A stretch of DNA of 62,503 nt, counting the filler, from Collodictyon triciliatum (Eukaryota): assembly GCA_043381765.1 (NCBI GenBank). It is 3 parts of 3 records of this genome, joined end to end, with 100 filler letters (N's around TTAATTAATTAA, not from the genome) between each part and the next. Parts side by side here need not be neighbours in the genome. Positions count along the whole stretch, not along the records: positions 1 to 25,542 come from JBHJMP010000053.1; 2 more parts are not named here. One strand, given 5' to 3'. The notes under the pieces were generated by a model that was given only the letters and a program-made list of their open reading frames with translations, searched no databases and had not been told where the DNA came from. Position numbers and translations under genes: made by a program. Shown here piece by piece: positions 1-16,683 of this stretch; position 1 is the stretch's first letter; every line of letters starts with the position of its first letter.

Positions 1-109
1 ATGGAAAATAAACATTTTCCCCCAATTTTTTTGGGATTTTGGGGCCAGGGTTGGCGAGCGCAAACATACCGCATATGGTATCAGCAAATTAATTTAAATT
101 ATTTATATT

Positions 110-230
110 CCATATTTGGTATCTCCATATATGATAGGAGAATCGTCTAGAAAGGTACCTTACTCGCCATATATGGTAATAGAATCATCTAGAAAGGTCT
201 AGAAAGGTACCGTACTCGCCATATATGGTA
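110..230. repeat. Imperfect tandem repeat array containing three CC(A/T)6GG (CArG-like) boxes
   Basis: The 33-bp unit tctagaaaggtacc(t/g)tactcgccatatatggta occurs at 146-178 and 198-230. CCATATTTGG is at 110-119 and CCATATATGG at 167-176 and 219-228. Confidence 0.7.
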
Positions 231-319
231 TAAAAGACCAGGAAACAGGGGTATAAATAGGTCGAGAGAAATAAAGAGTCATCATCTATATATTAATATT
301 AATGTATAAATGATGACAG

Positions 320-390
320 TTCTCTTCTGCTCTCTTCTATTCTCTTCTGTTCTCTTCTGTTCTCTTCTGTTCTCTTCTGTTCTCTTCTGC
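320..390. repeat. 10-bp minisatellite (TCTCTTCTGT)x7
   Basis: Read directly from the sequence. Confidence 0.9.
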
Positions 391-935
391 CTGCTGCAAA
401 TACAGGCATCGGGCACGGACAACGCACTCGCGTGGTAGAAAACATGCTTTGCTCAGCTATTTGGATTTCTGGTGCCGGAGAAGATATGTGCCACGGCGTT
501 TATGTTCTGTTTTCTGCCTTTCGAATCTATGGAAAAAAACTGGAATGGGGTGTGCACCACGCTCCTATTTTGGGCGATTTTTTCCACTAATAGAAATGTG
601 GTATCCGCAGTTTAGAAAAGAAAGGAAACCTGCCCTTTTACCAGCTCACCAATTAAGCATATTTGACATTATATCCGTGTAAAGTAAAGTGGTGAAAAAC
701 AATCGTCGCTCTTCTAAATGGAATGTTTCCGGTGTCGGAGGGCAGAGCATCGCTGGGTTGGAGAGGCCACAACGACGAGCGATTCCTTCGGCTCTTTTTT
801 TTTTCTTCGGGTTGATTTAAACGAGTTTCTTTTATTGCAAAGCACTACAAGTTTATCATTTGATTTGCATGGAGATGGCACAAAAAGGATGGGCCCAAAG
901 ACATGTCTCCTTCCACATTATTTTTTTGGTCTAAG

Positions 936-2852
936 CTACGACAGAATCCTCTTTTTGATGAATGACCCGACATGCCAACCTAAAACTGCGGCAAGGATGG
1001 AATCACTCAAGGCCAGCATCATGTTTTCCTGCGGAGATATAAATCCTTAAGTTCATATAAGGGGGGATAAATGAGTCATATTCATTTAAATAATGCGCAT
1101 TCCGTTTAATCTCATGATAAGATTTGATTTTTTCCCCCATTTTTAATCAGCTTGTAATCCTACGTTACTACTCCGGTAGTAAAACACTATGCTTTCAGTT
1201 CCTTCGGGTTGGCGTCCAGGTTTAGTTCCTATTAATTAAATATCCATAAATTTATTTAAAAAAAGCTCGTTTTTTATTTATTGGCTGTACTTGTCTTGTT
1301 TTTCTGATTTTGAAAGAAAAAAGTTTGGTCAAAGTCCTAGAAAAGGAATCAAGAGGGAAAGCAAATAGAGTTATAAGTCTGAGAGAGGGAAAATATCATA
1401 TTTATAGGGAACGAAGGATGTTATGAATAAAGAATTTTGTCAATATGCACCCGAGTTTTCCTCCAGGAACTTGAAAATTTGGCCGTATTCTGGTTTGTTT
1501 GAGTAATGGCCGATTAACTTACCACCGCGAAAAAAGGCCAGTTGGGGAAACGCAGGGTTAAGATAGTGAGCAACTAACTCTCTGTATATTAATTAACCAT
1601 TTTTTTTAAAAAAAAATTTGATAAAGAAACATATTTCCATGTGTCAATAATGTAATCTTTAGATTATTCACGGATGACCAATATTGACATCATTAATTAC
1701 TTAATGAATTAGTATATGAAGTGAAGTAAGAATCAATTTAGAAGCTGCGTAAAATCTCTTACGAAAGAATAGAATTTTACTTTGCAGAATGTGGAGAACA
1801 CTCGATAGCATAAACGGGAAGACACGGAAATGAGAGCGATATTAAACGGAGCTCAGACAAAAAGAATTGTGAGACTTGGTGCGTGCACAAATAAAACTGC
1901 GAATTCAAATTATTTTATTTTAAAAAAAAGCACTCTATAAAATTGCGCGCATAAATGCAATTCATCTTAAAAATTAAGTTATAATTGGTTTGAAAATCTG
2001 TGTCTGTGTTGAGGTTTAGAGTATTTATTCGTCCTGAAAAAATTTTTTATGAACTTTTTTTTGTTCTATTTTAAAAATAAACGGAAAAAAAAGTACTGAT
2101 GAGTAATTTTCATAAAAAAAAAATTACATAAAAACACTAACCAAAACAGCAAACATGCGTTCCTTCTTTCCATTTGATTCTGCGATTAATCGAGTGGCAT
2201 TGCTGGCGTAGAGCTCCGTAATGTCTCCCCAACTCAGTATCCCATTAAGCGTCCGGTTGTCAGCAAGCTTCAAGTGCTCATGCCCAGAAGGGACTAAGTC
2301 ATAGTCCATTACACTTAAAAGCTGGAAGGGTAATTGGAGATGCTTTTTTATCACATCTTTAATCAGATAGATTTGATAGAGCATATTGAAATCAAAAGAA
2401 ATCGGTTTTCTAATCCTCCTTCGTTTTTCCTCTTCCTTTTTCTGATTTATTTTCTCTTTTTTTCTTTTTCTTTTTTTTTTGACAGGGGCAGCGACAAGCA
2501 TGACACAGTTTCGGGGTTGCTTGGAAAGCCATACCGACACAACCATCGGGATATTCAACATTTGCAGAGTCGATAGGCGCGGTGGGCTCTGTGGTTTGGT
2601 TAGGAAAGAAAATATCTATCAGCGTAAACGCAAGCGCGTCGTGGCGAGGAGGTCAATAAATATTCAGGGGTCTGTGGCTGAAGACATCGCTTGGCCAAAA
2701 AGGTTTGCATTTGTTTGATGGGAAATGGAGACAAACTGGACTCGTGTAAAACCTGCAAGAGACGGACTTTCGGAAGAAGAAGCCAAGCAGCCAATCGCCC
2801 ACAAGCAGATGAGGGCTGCAGCCAATCGCAAGTAGAAAGCTCTTAAGCTCAT
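936..2852 (-). CDS. Thioredoxin-fold type I membrane protein (TXNDC15 / APRL-like), 7 exons, ~249 aa
   Basis: GT-AG exons 2852-2742, 2588-2535, 2321-2142, 1896-1781, 1581-1451, 1228-1164 and 1028-936 join in phase (750 nt). The product has a signal peptide (MSLRAFYLRLAAALICLWAIGCLA), a Trx-like core (FAVLFYLCTHQVSQFFLSELRLISLSFPCLPVYAIECS...FPQLAFFRGGKLIGHY) and a C-terminal hydrophobic helix followed by KKRILS*. The exon-1 donor (gtccag) is the least certain junction. Confidence 0.7.
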
Positions 2853-3211
2853 AATGCGCCGATCGTAGGCTTGGTGGTGATCGAAGATGATGTCGCAAAG
2901 AAAAGAAGCAAGAACGCGGCATTGTCGTAATCATGATATATCTGGAAATTATACATTATTATTGTATTTTAGCTTCAATCCGGCTTTTTTACGATTATAG
3001 GATTAATATAGCTTCATATGATTATTAGTTGTCCTACATCAGAATAAAGTAAGTGGCCCTTTCTGATTAACCGAGCGCTGTCTGGGTGCTGCGCGTATAA
3101 TGGAGGAAGAAAGAGAAAGAAAATCATGAAAAACAAAAAAAAAAAAAAGAATTCGAAAGCAATGAAGAAAAATGAAAGCAAAGCAGAGAGAATAACCCAA
3201 ACACCTTTTTT

Positions 3212-3315
3212 TTTCTTCTTCTTCTTCTTCTTCTTCTTCTTCTTCTTCTTCTTCTTCTTCTTCTTCTTCTTCTTCTTCTTCTTCTTCTTCTTCTTCTTCT
3301 TCTTCTTCTTCTTCT
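3212..3315. repeat. (TTC)n microsatellite upstream of CTR9
   Basis: Read directly from the sequence. Confidence 0.95.
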
Positions 3316-3349
3316 GCCCCTGTTCTGTTTGGGTCTGAATCACTGCCAG

Positions 3350-6300
3350 ATGGAAGACGTTGGAGGCTCGATCGAGATCCCGCTTTCCAAAGGAACAGAA
3401 ACCGTTGTTGTTCGAAGCTCGGATTTCCGCCAGGAAAACTCGGCCATATTGGATGTACTGTGCGATGAGCTGCCGCCGCTCAGCATTTGGACCCAGTGCG
3501 CGGTGAGTTTCCTGCTACATGATGCGCATTCCTTGCGGAACAATACTTGCACATGACGTCCTTCTTCGCCGTATCCTCACTCTTGGAATGTGGCTCAGGT
3601 GATGTACTACAGGCTCGGAAAGTACGATAAGTTTATTGAGCTACTCAACAAAGCGCTTGGTAAGCAAAACGGGCTTTTTTCCCGCTCTTAAAAAACGCAA
3701 CATGATATTGGTCAACACATCAATTGATAATTATATATAAATATAAAACACAGAAAAAGATATTCCAAGGAGGGCTCCGACTTTTGATAGGGTGCGTTTG
3801 AACATTTGATTTGCTATTAAAAACGACCGGGAATCATGATTTTCATTTAATACAGCTTCATAGAGAAATGGAACATGAATATTTTTTCTAACTCATTCCT
3901 ACAAATATCATTCACACTGCATCGTCAGTATTTTTTTTTTTAAAAAATAATAAATAAAAGTCTTTCGCTACTTCTGTGTTACATACAAATTGTGATAATT
4001 ATCCTCGAGTAATCATTTGATAATTTAGGCTGTGTTTCATTCATGTATCGCTAGTTACAAACTTCTTCTGGTGCAAAGTGAACCTGACCCCCAAATAAGA
4101 AAAGGATTACTTGAAGATGCAAAGAAACACAGTACCACAGCCTTCGAATTCGACTACAACGACCCCTTCGTTTCCTCCACCAAAGGTGTTATAAACGTCT
4201 CTTCTTCTTTACTCCTCTCAAATAAAAATCATTTAAAGTCTTTAATTTTTCTATGTGCTCTCTATTATTCGATGGTTTCTGACTCGGGTATTGATTGTAA
4301 GTGTCGACTACTTGAATTTTTCTCTAGGATTTGTTAGATTACAAGTCGGAGAAATCGAATATGCTTCCAAACACTTTGAAACTGCCATCAGAAAAGACTC
4401 CAAGAATATCCCAGCTCAACTAGGAAAGGTATATTATACTCGCCTGGTCTTGAAATTTCATCCAAATGAATACCTTACCTTACCTTACCTGCCCTTGAAT
4501 GAGCCGAGAGACTCAATTATGTACGATTTCTACCCACAACCCCAGACATTTTTAAAGGGAATATTGATTGCGTGATACTAATGATGATAATACTGATATT
4601 CAGGCCGCCATCTGGTACCACGAGGGAAAATACAAGGAAGCATTCGAGTACATATTTCGAAATATAATCCTAAATAATTGGTTACGAACCTAGTGATATA
4701 TGAAGAGTTCTCACGCTCTACATCGCCACCTTCGTTTGCTTTTGATTGAGTATACATGTATCCCATTCTACTTCAAATAGGATGTACAAGAACGTTGCTT
4801 TAAATCACCCCAATCCCCCGTCAGGAATTTTCATCGGACTCGGTTTATGCCACTTGCAAAGTATGTTGCCTAATACTTGTGCAGCTTCGTTCAATCTTTT
4901 CTTTGATAATTTCATGCAATACTTTTTTTTATTCTTCCTTTCAATTTTGTGCAGGATGAATTTTATGCAATACTTATTTGATACATCAAATCCACCTGTA
5001 TATCTAGTTGGAAACCACATCAACGCCCGCCTATGCTTTTTGAGAGCTTTACAAATGGTTGTAACCATATATTCCATCATATGAAAGTCGAATGAACCGA
5101 CTTTTAATACACTGTCAATGTAATCAAATGATGTAACTGTATTAACTTTAGGACGCTGATGACGTGAACGCACACACTGGGCTCGGTTATGTAGAGCTAC
5201 TCCTGAAATCAAAAGGCTTTTGCCAAAGCGCCATGGGTCATTTCCAGTATGCATATGGTCAGAGCTTTCTCATCACGTCTGTAATTCAGAAAGATTCTAA
5301 AATGAAAGCACCTATTATTTTCAATAGAATCGACCCCCTCCAATGCCGTGGCCTTAAACCAACTTGCCAACCACCTTTTCTATCGGTCCCTTGTGGATGT
5401 GGACCCTAGTTTGTTGGAAACCGTAAGATATTTTATTTTAAATGAAGAGCTTCTTTTAAAACTAATCCACAAAATGAAAACCCTGAATCGAATAAAGAGT
5501 TAAAAACCCACACATATTGAAAGAAAATAGCAATGAAATAGACGACAACCATTAATCTAGATATTCACACATGGTTTATGATTTATTTTTGCATAGATTA
5601 TAAAGTTATTTTATGTCACCTTCATGTAGTCTCGAGCTTTGGCTACCAATGCTCTTGCATCAACTGAATCTCAAAAACTTGAGGCGCAAAGTTTATATAT
5701 CATCGGACGCTGCTACCACCGAGAAGTGCTGATTTGAGACTCAGACACGAAATAATATATTGAAATATTCGAATGGAAATTCAAACGAAGAGTACTTGTA
5801 TTTCAAACTTATCTATTATTACATGCATAGGATAAATATGAGGAAGCATTAGAATGCTATAGTAAATCATCAGAACGTTGGCCTGGGTACTTCTTACCCA
5901 AGTTTGGCGAAGGGCAGCTGTTGCTCTACATTGGTTGACATAATAATTATAATTATAATAATAAATAATACTAATAATAATTTTTTTCCTTTATTCGATA
6001 AAAATACACCATCCGCGATATACTAATAATAAATAAATAAAATAGCGCGGCTTGATGTACACGACGTAATTATTTTAAAACATTTTCGCAATTTTTTTTA
6101 TTACAAACAGGTGAGAAAGAGAAAGCTCGTTCGATATTTGAGTCGCTCTTGCAAAAAAACCCATCTGACTACGATGTGATGAGGGTATTGTTCCCAAAAC
6201 ACAACGATTTTTTAAATGAAAATCGTATGCCTCTTTAATTATTTGCATATCGTTTGCATATCAGATCATATGATACTGTTATCTGCTTAACCGTTTATAT

Positions 6301-8147
6301 TCATATTAGTAGAACTGATATTGCATTTTATTTTCTACTTTTTTTTAAAAAAAAAAAGATGCTTGGTGTGGTTTATAGTTCTATCCCTGAAAAAAAACAT
6401 GAAGCTATTCGCTATATGACAGCCTTTACCAAGGTTTGATTCATCTACACTTTATGTTTTCCTACAGAACCACCGATAATTATGTATTAGTTATTCAAAA
6501 TAATAACGGGAGCCACCCATAATTTTGGATAATTTTTTTCTCAATAATCGTGAATTGCCCTCTTTTTAAAAAAAAAGGCTTATCCCGATGAAAGCGATGT
6601 TTTGGTGGAACTTGCAGAATTGCAGGAAACATTTGATCCAAAGGCATCCTTGCGAGGTTTTTTTTTCTTGAACACTTATATCAAATACAAATCAGACGAG
6701 GCAATTATAAAGAGTACTCTTCGACTTAAATAAGCCTGACTAATCTACTGGGGGTTTAATTTAATAAAAGAAAATCGAAGAAAAAAGACACAAAAGATGT
6801 TGGTATTAAATTGTAGCTACAACAACAATAATTCCGGTTGCAAAAATTAAAACAAAATTTCGAAAATAGCATATGAAAAAGCCATTGAAGTTAAAAGGAG
6901 GTTCAACGAACACATTCCCTATCAACTTCTCAACAACGCAGGGACTATGCACTTTATTGTTGGTTAGATTTTGGTTTCATACATACCATAACCCAATTAT
7001 GGCATCATCGGGTATAATAAATATGACGGGTGTTGTCATTAAGCTTTAAAAAATAATAATGAAGGAACAATCCAACCTTAACTGATGGCTTACTTTGAAT
7101 CAAAAATTATCACAGGAAAGCACAAAAAATACCACACTAGAATTGAGGAACTTACCAGAGCCAACAAACTTGCAGAAGCATTAGGTAATTATATAACTAT
7201 GAGGGAAATTTTTAAAGCCTCTTACCATTAATCATGCAATAGATTCATTTCACCCCTCGCGTCACTTTACGAGCGCACTGCAGTATTTTGACCAAGCGTT
7301 AAGTACTTCTGGGCTTGCTGCGTTTGAAGGAGAAAATGTCACACTTCAATTTAACAAGGGTCGAGTCTATGAGGTTAAAATTATACACATTGCTTTAGAT
7401 GAATAAATGCAAACCCAAACGAGTAGACAAATGCAATTCATATTTCAGTTGAGGAATACTCTATTGTTCAATTGGTTTGTAAATATATATATATATAAAT
7501 TAAGGGCTCCGAAAAAAATTATCTACCAAGTACAAAGTCATTGATGTTTACAATCTAGAAATACATACTCTTTTTATAGGAACTTCACGAAGACCATCTG
7601 GCAATCGAAATTTACGATGAGATTTTGAGTCACCATCCCACCTACACAGATTGTCGGTTTTTCGTGTGCTTTTCTCTTTGCTTGCTTTTTGTGTGCTTCT
7701 TGCGGTTAAGCCATATGCATGTCTATTTGGTACATTAGCACAATTTACTTACGTATCACAACCGCCAGGTCTTTTAAGGAAAGGATTTATGGAAAGAAAG
7801 AAAAAGAAATTCGGATCCGCCATGGAAATCTGCCAAAAAGCTGTCGAGGCAAATCGTATGCAATATGTGCTATTGAAATGTTGTTCCCTTAGTGTTTATG
7901 CTAATACTTTCTTCGTATGCATAATCACCCATATCCCCTCTATAGATAAAAGTGACTCAGGTATTATTTCCAAGGGCTATGTGCAACTTGAATGCGAGGA
8001 TTACAAGGTATAGTCGTATTGTAACCTGCTGTAATCCCTCCAATTATTGAGTTTATTTATTTTATTATAAGATTAGCTTCTTTTTAACCACAGAACACCA
8101 ATAGTATAATGCCTCTAATAAATTTACATCGTCTATACATATCTATT

Positions 8148-8244
<97 letters not shown>

Positions 8245-11200
8245 TACATCATGATAATTAATAAGCCATATAGAGTGCTCTCAAGACCTTCAAGGCAGCT
8301 AGAGAAAAGTTTGATAGATCAGACCCGTATACAGCTGTTGCTTTTGGAAATTTAACGTACGGAACAGCACACGGTCCAGAAAAGCCCAAAGTAAGGATTT
8401 AGTCATGATCAACGTCGTTTTTTTCAAGTATTGACCACTAATCACTAACGCTATTACTGGAAGTAGCCTAGTGGTCTCGTTTTATAACCCTATATAATCA
8501 TAAATAAATATTAGATTTTCAAGGAAGCACTCGGACATTACACTGCTGCTTTCAAGGCTAATCCAAGGTCGCCCAATTTCTCTTAGTTTAGTAAAAATAA
8601 AACCCACCAATCTAATGGATATATGACTATCGCCTATTTTTTTTTTTTAAAAAAAATAGCTTTATTGTGACATAGGAATCTTTATGCTGCAAATGGAATC
8701 GGAATGATATACGCCGAACAAGGAAATTTGGAACATGCAAAGGAAATATTTCAATTGGTAGGCAATTCATATTCCTCTTTGTATAATTTATCCAACACGC
8801 ACGCACTCCTTTTCTCTCATTGATATAGCATTCAATATTTCATAATTAACCCCAGCTCCGTCGAACCTCGGATGTCAGTGACTTTACAATCAACTTGGCT
8901 CATATCCATGTTATCCAAGGATTCCCAGATATTGCGATTCAAATGGTAAATTTTAATATTATATGCGATTCATTCTTATATCGTAGTCTAAATTAAAATC
9001 GAACCATGAAATCTACTAAAGCGTGAAAATAACATTCTATTGTTGTGAATGTAAGCATAAAATGACATGACCATTGAAGCAATGTATATATCTTGATGAA
9101 TTATTTTACCGACATTCCGGGAAAACGATTTTAGTATCAATCAGTTGTATCCAAACAAAGCGATTTTGGAGACCTTTCGTTGATGTGCTATCTCGGTCGG
9201 GCCTACTTTGATTCAAAAAAGTATGCCGAAGCAGAGAAAATCGTTATCAAGGTTGGTCATTGAAGTTTTATTTGCACCGAGTGAAGCTAACTAAAAACGG
9301 CACGTATTGCAATATCTGATTCAATTTCTTTTTGTCATTCTTTGGCTAAATTGAGAGGATTTATCCAACATATTGTTTTGAATAGTCCTAATCGTCAATT
9401 TTAATATGTCCTAGATGCTCCATATTAAACCTGGGCATCTTCAATTCAGCTATAATCTTGCGACGGTATAAACCTCAGATATATATTTATATTATTTTTA
9501 TTTCTTTTGTGAAAAAATGGATGTAATTCTATTATGTTTTTTTTTTTTACTTTACGAAATTTATTTACATAAAATCAGATTCAAACAAAATATGCCAACC
9601 AACTTCTTGATGGAGAAAAAACATCAGAAAATGGCCGAAAAATAACTCGCTTAATCAACTCTGCCATCAGGTTTTTCGACTTTAAATTCATTTCTCTGCA
9701 GTGATAATAATAAATAACATAAAAATCGCCAACAATATTCTCAATTCCATACACATATGCTAGGCCCATATAAATGAATTATTTTATTAGAATATACGGC
9801 AGACTTTTGGAGATAAAAAACACACAAGGTTTGTATGAGCATGCACAGGTGAAGGAAGAAAAGAAAGCTTGTGAGGTGATTGAATTACCTCTTCCCTCCC
9901 CCACCCAGGATAGAATGATAATTAATTAATTGATAAAACAAAACTGACCCCTTCAATCTTTCCCTTCAATTCCCTATTATTTTCCAATTATTGCTCCTTT
10001 TATTCCCATTATTAATCAAACAATTGAATTAAAGACTCACCAACTATTTACACCATTAGAAAATCCTAAAGTACACTGTCGATAAATTTATGAAGCTGGC
10101 AAAAGAGGAAGAGATGTCAATAATTGAGCAGAGGCAAAAGGCCAAAGAACATTTGGAAATGGCTCTTTTAATCAAGAAGAGACAAGAAGAGGAACGGATT
10201 CGCAATGAAGAGCAGCGCCGAGAGAAGGAAGCTGCTATTGCTAACAAACTAATGAAAGAAGTAAGCCTACTTTTCAGTCTGAAATAACAATACTCTTGAA
10301 TATTTTATCAAAACTCCTATAGCTAGAAGAGGAAAGAATGAGACAAGAATCTATTAGACCAGAGTCATCAAAAAAGAAATCCCAAAGGTCAAAGGTAATT
10401 GAACTATCATGCGTCTCACAAAAGTATAAAAAAAATATTTGGGCTTTCCTTTTACTTAAATACGTTAATGGAATCATTTTACAAAGAAACGAAACAAAAT
10501 ATCCTCAATATATTACGGCAAGAATACTCTTTTCTTTTCTTTGGTTTTTGGTTCATTTCTCTTGGCCATAGGGTAAGCATGATGACTCTGGAGACGAGGA
10601 TGACAACCGCAAGGACGAGGTAGACGAACATGCAGAGTACAAGGAGTATGATGAGATGTCCAACCCCTCTGACTCTGACCGAGAAGACGAAGAAAAATCT
10701 CAGGGCGGCGATGAAGAGAGTGAAGAAAGCGCGAAACTCACAGATGAAGACGAGAAAAATGAAGGCGAGGACGGTGATCGAAAGTCACGATCCAAGAAAG
10801 AATTAGAGAAAAAGGAGAAAAAGAAGCGCTCAAAGAAAGATAAAAAGAGCCGGCATGAAGAAAAGGAAGAGCGCAAAAAGGTATCATACAATATGTATAT
10901 ATTGTGCATGGCAATACATTAGGTTTATTATTTGTTATTCATTGAAAATATTTATCAATAAATAGCACAGCAAGGATTCAGAGAAATCCAAAGGTGTGCT
11001 TATTGATTACTTTCTTTTTTTTATTTAACAAACGTGATGTACATATTATTGCTTCTTTTTTTCTTTTCAAATTTAAAGACTGTGGTTATTTTCCTACTTT
11101 TGTTTAACATTATCACGAAACTATGCTTTATTTCACTCCACACCCCAAATATTCATCATATTCCGATTGGCAGAGAAAAGAAAAAAGAAAGACGAAAAAA

Positions 11201-12018
11201 AGCGCGTAAGAAATCTGAATATGTTTGTGTAATTGTAACGACATACCCCTCGTGCATTTAAGTTACGCCCTGAAGCCTCGATTATCTGACGAATTCATGA
11301 ATAAAATTCGAGTATTGCCCCTCTGACAGTAAATACTAAAGGAAACTCATGTCTAATCCACTCCATTTCAACCAGAGGTCATCAAAAAGCATGAAGGATG
11401 ACCTTCGCAGCATGGTGCACAAGAAAAAGAGAGATTCTGATGACCTTTCCGAACAAGAAAGCGAGGATGAGGAACGCGAAACTAGTGACGTTGTATGATA
11501 TTTTTTTTAGCGCATTCCTCTTTTCTTTTTTCTTCAGAAAACATAAAAGTGTATGTGCACCGACCCCTCCCGTCATTTACAAACATGTCCATATTAAAAC
11601 AATGCAGAACCCTGGTGATGAAACCGTGAAGTCTCCCAGGATGAATGGTACCATTTCCAGTTTTTATGTGAAAGCTTGTGAATTTATTCTTATGGAAATA
11701 AATATACAAAAAGAAAGAGGAGGTGTGCTCTTGGCCTCTTTATATAGTAAACGCTACTTTGTGTATTTTTCAACTCATATTCCGCTGAATATCTCTACAC
11801 ATCGTACAGACGAAGATGTGCCTCACGAAGAAGACGATAACGAAGCCGAGATTGTGGTATGAGCATGCTTAAATGTGACATGGTTTTCAGAGACCTTGAG
11901 TCAGTACAATATATTTATTTCTTTTAAAAAAAACTCTGACCGACACATAACCCAGCCTCGTAGAAAGAAAATAAAGACTATGGTTTCCAGCGACGGCGAG
12001 AAGGACGAGGAAATCTAG
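3350..12018 (+). CDS. CTR9: RNA polymerase-associated protein CTR9 (PAF1 complex TPR subunit), about 30 short exons
   Basis: The N-terminus MEDVGGSIEIPLSKGTETVVV...LSIWTQCA|VMYYRLGKYDKFIELL follows the CTR9 pattern. TPR exons include PSNAVALNQLANHLFY, YFLPKFGEGQLLLYIGEKEKARSIFESLL, YPDESDVLVELAEL and NLYAANGIGMIYAEQG. An acidic/Lys-rich tail ends ...DGEKDEEI* (TAG 12016-12018). Confidence 0.93.
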
Positions 12019-12451
12019 AGCCGAACTGGCAAGGTCGTTAATTCAAACTGGGCCTGACAAGAATCGACCAATCTTCCCGATATTAAAAAAAAACACAAGA
12101 GGGAAGGAAACCCCAGCCACTGATTTCATTCTTAGATGTTCTCGTGTTATTATTGTTGTTAATCAAAACAGAGGAACACAGCGAGCCACACGAAAACGCC
12201 CCACAAAACATGGGAAGAAAAAAAAAAGGGAAGGCGGCCACCGCGCTGTTCCCTCTCAAATGATTTATTTCCACATATGAGATGTCGATGACGACATTTT
12301 CGTAAACCATGTGACGCAATATAATTCACTGAACAAATCCCTAAAGTGGAATGAAGCAACGCGTTGGACGCGATGGAATTTTGCAGACTTTCCAACAAGC
12401 CGAGGAAGGAACAAAGCAGCTTTCTGCCCCGCTTCCCGCAGAATCCCAGCC

Positions 12452-12545
12452 ACATATAAAGAGGGCGGGATATAAGGGCGGAGCGGTGGCAGACGTCAGA
12501 TGGGTGGGGCGGATCAGCGTCCGGTGTGTCGAAGCGGGCGTGTGA
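12452..12545 (+). promoter_or_regulatory. GC-rich proximal promoter of the APS kinase gene (GGGCGG boxes with TATA-like motifs)
   Basis: tataaagagggcggga, tataagggcggag and ggggcggat cluster ~120-210 bp upstream of the ATG at 12663. Function is inferred from position only. Confidence 0.3.
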
Positions 12546-12662
12546 TGAAAGAAACGCGGCAGGCAGGCGCACAGGAAGGAAAGGACAAGAAGAGGGTGCG
12601 AGAAGGAGCGCCACTAAACAGCACACCCATACAATCGCAGGAAACACACGGAAGCAGAGCAA

Positions 12663-16267
<3,605 letters not shown>

Positions 16268-16683
16268 GGCGGCGAAACACCCCCTTCAATGACCTGAGTC
16301 CACAGGCAAACTCAACCCTATCATATTCTCCTTCCCTCTACTTTCCCCCAGAAGACGAACCGAGATTGAAGCAAAGCAAAACGAAACAAAACATGATAAG
16401 AAAGCGGCGCCTCTTCTGCTCCAACCCGTGTGCTGTTTTGTTCATTTTGCTTCAAACCTCCTCTGCATTGCCCCACACTCGTCATAAACTCGATAGACAA
16501 AGCCCCAGACATGTCCCCGCTACCGCAATCGCTTCAGCAGCTATGCTTCTCATGTATGTTTTTTCACGATTCCACCGCTCGACTTGTCGGGTTCCGCCTC
16601 CTTTGTGCCTCGCTTTGCCTCCCACGCCACACGCGCTTGGCAATTATCTCACACACGGCGGGTTCGTTGCAGAGACACATTAA

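Noticed and set aside
146-230. CRISPR-like repeat-spacer appearance
   Set aside because: Only two full units, the intervening sequence is itself repeat-derived, the context is eukaryotic and there are no cas genes.
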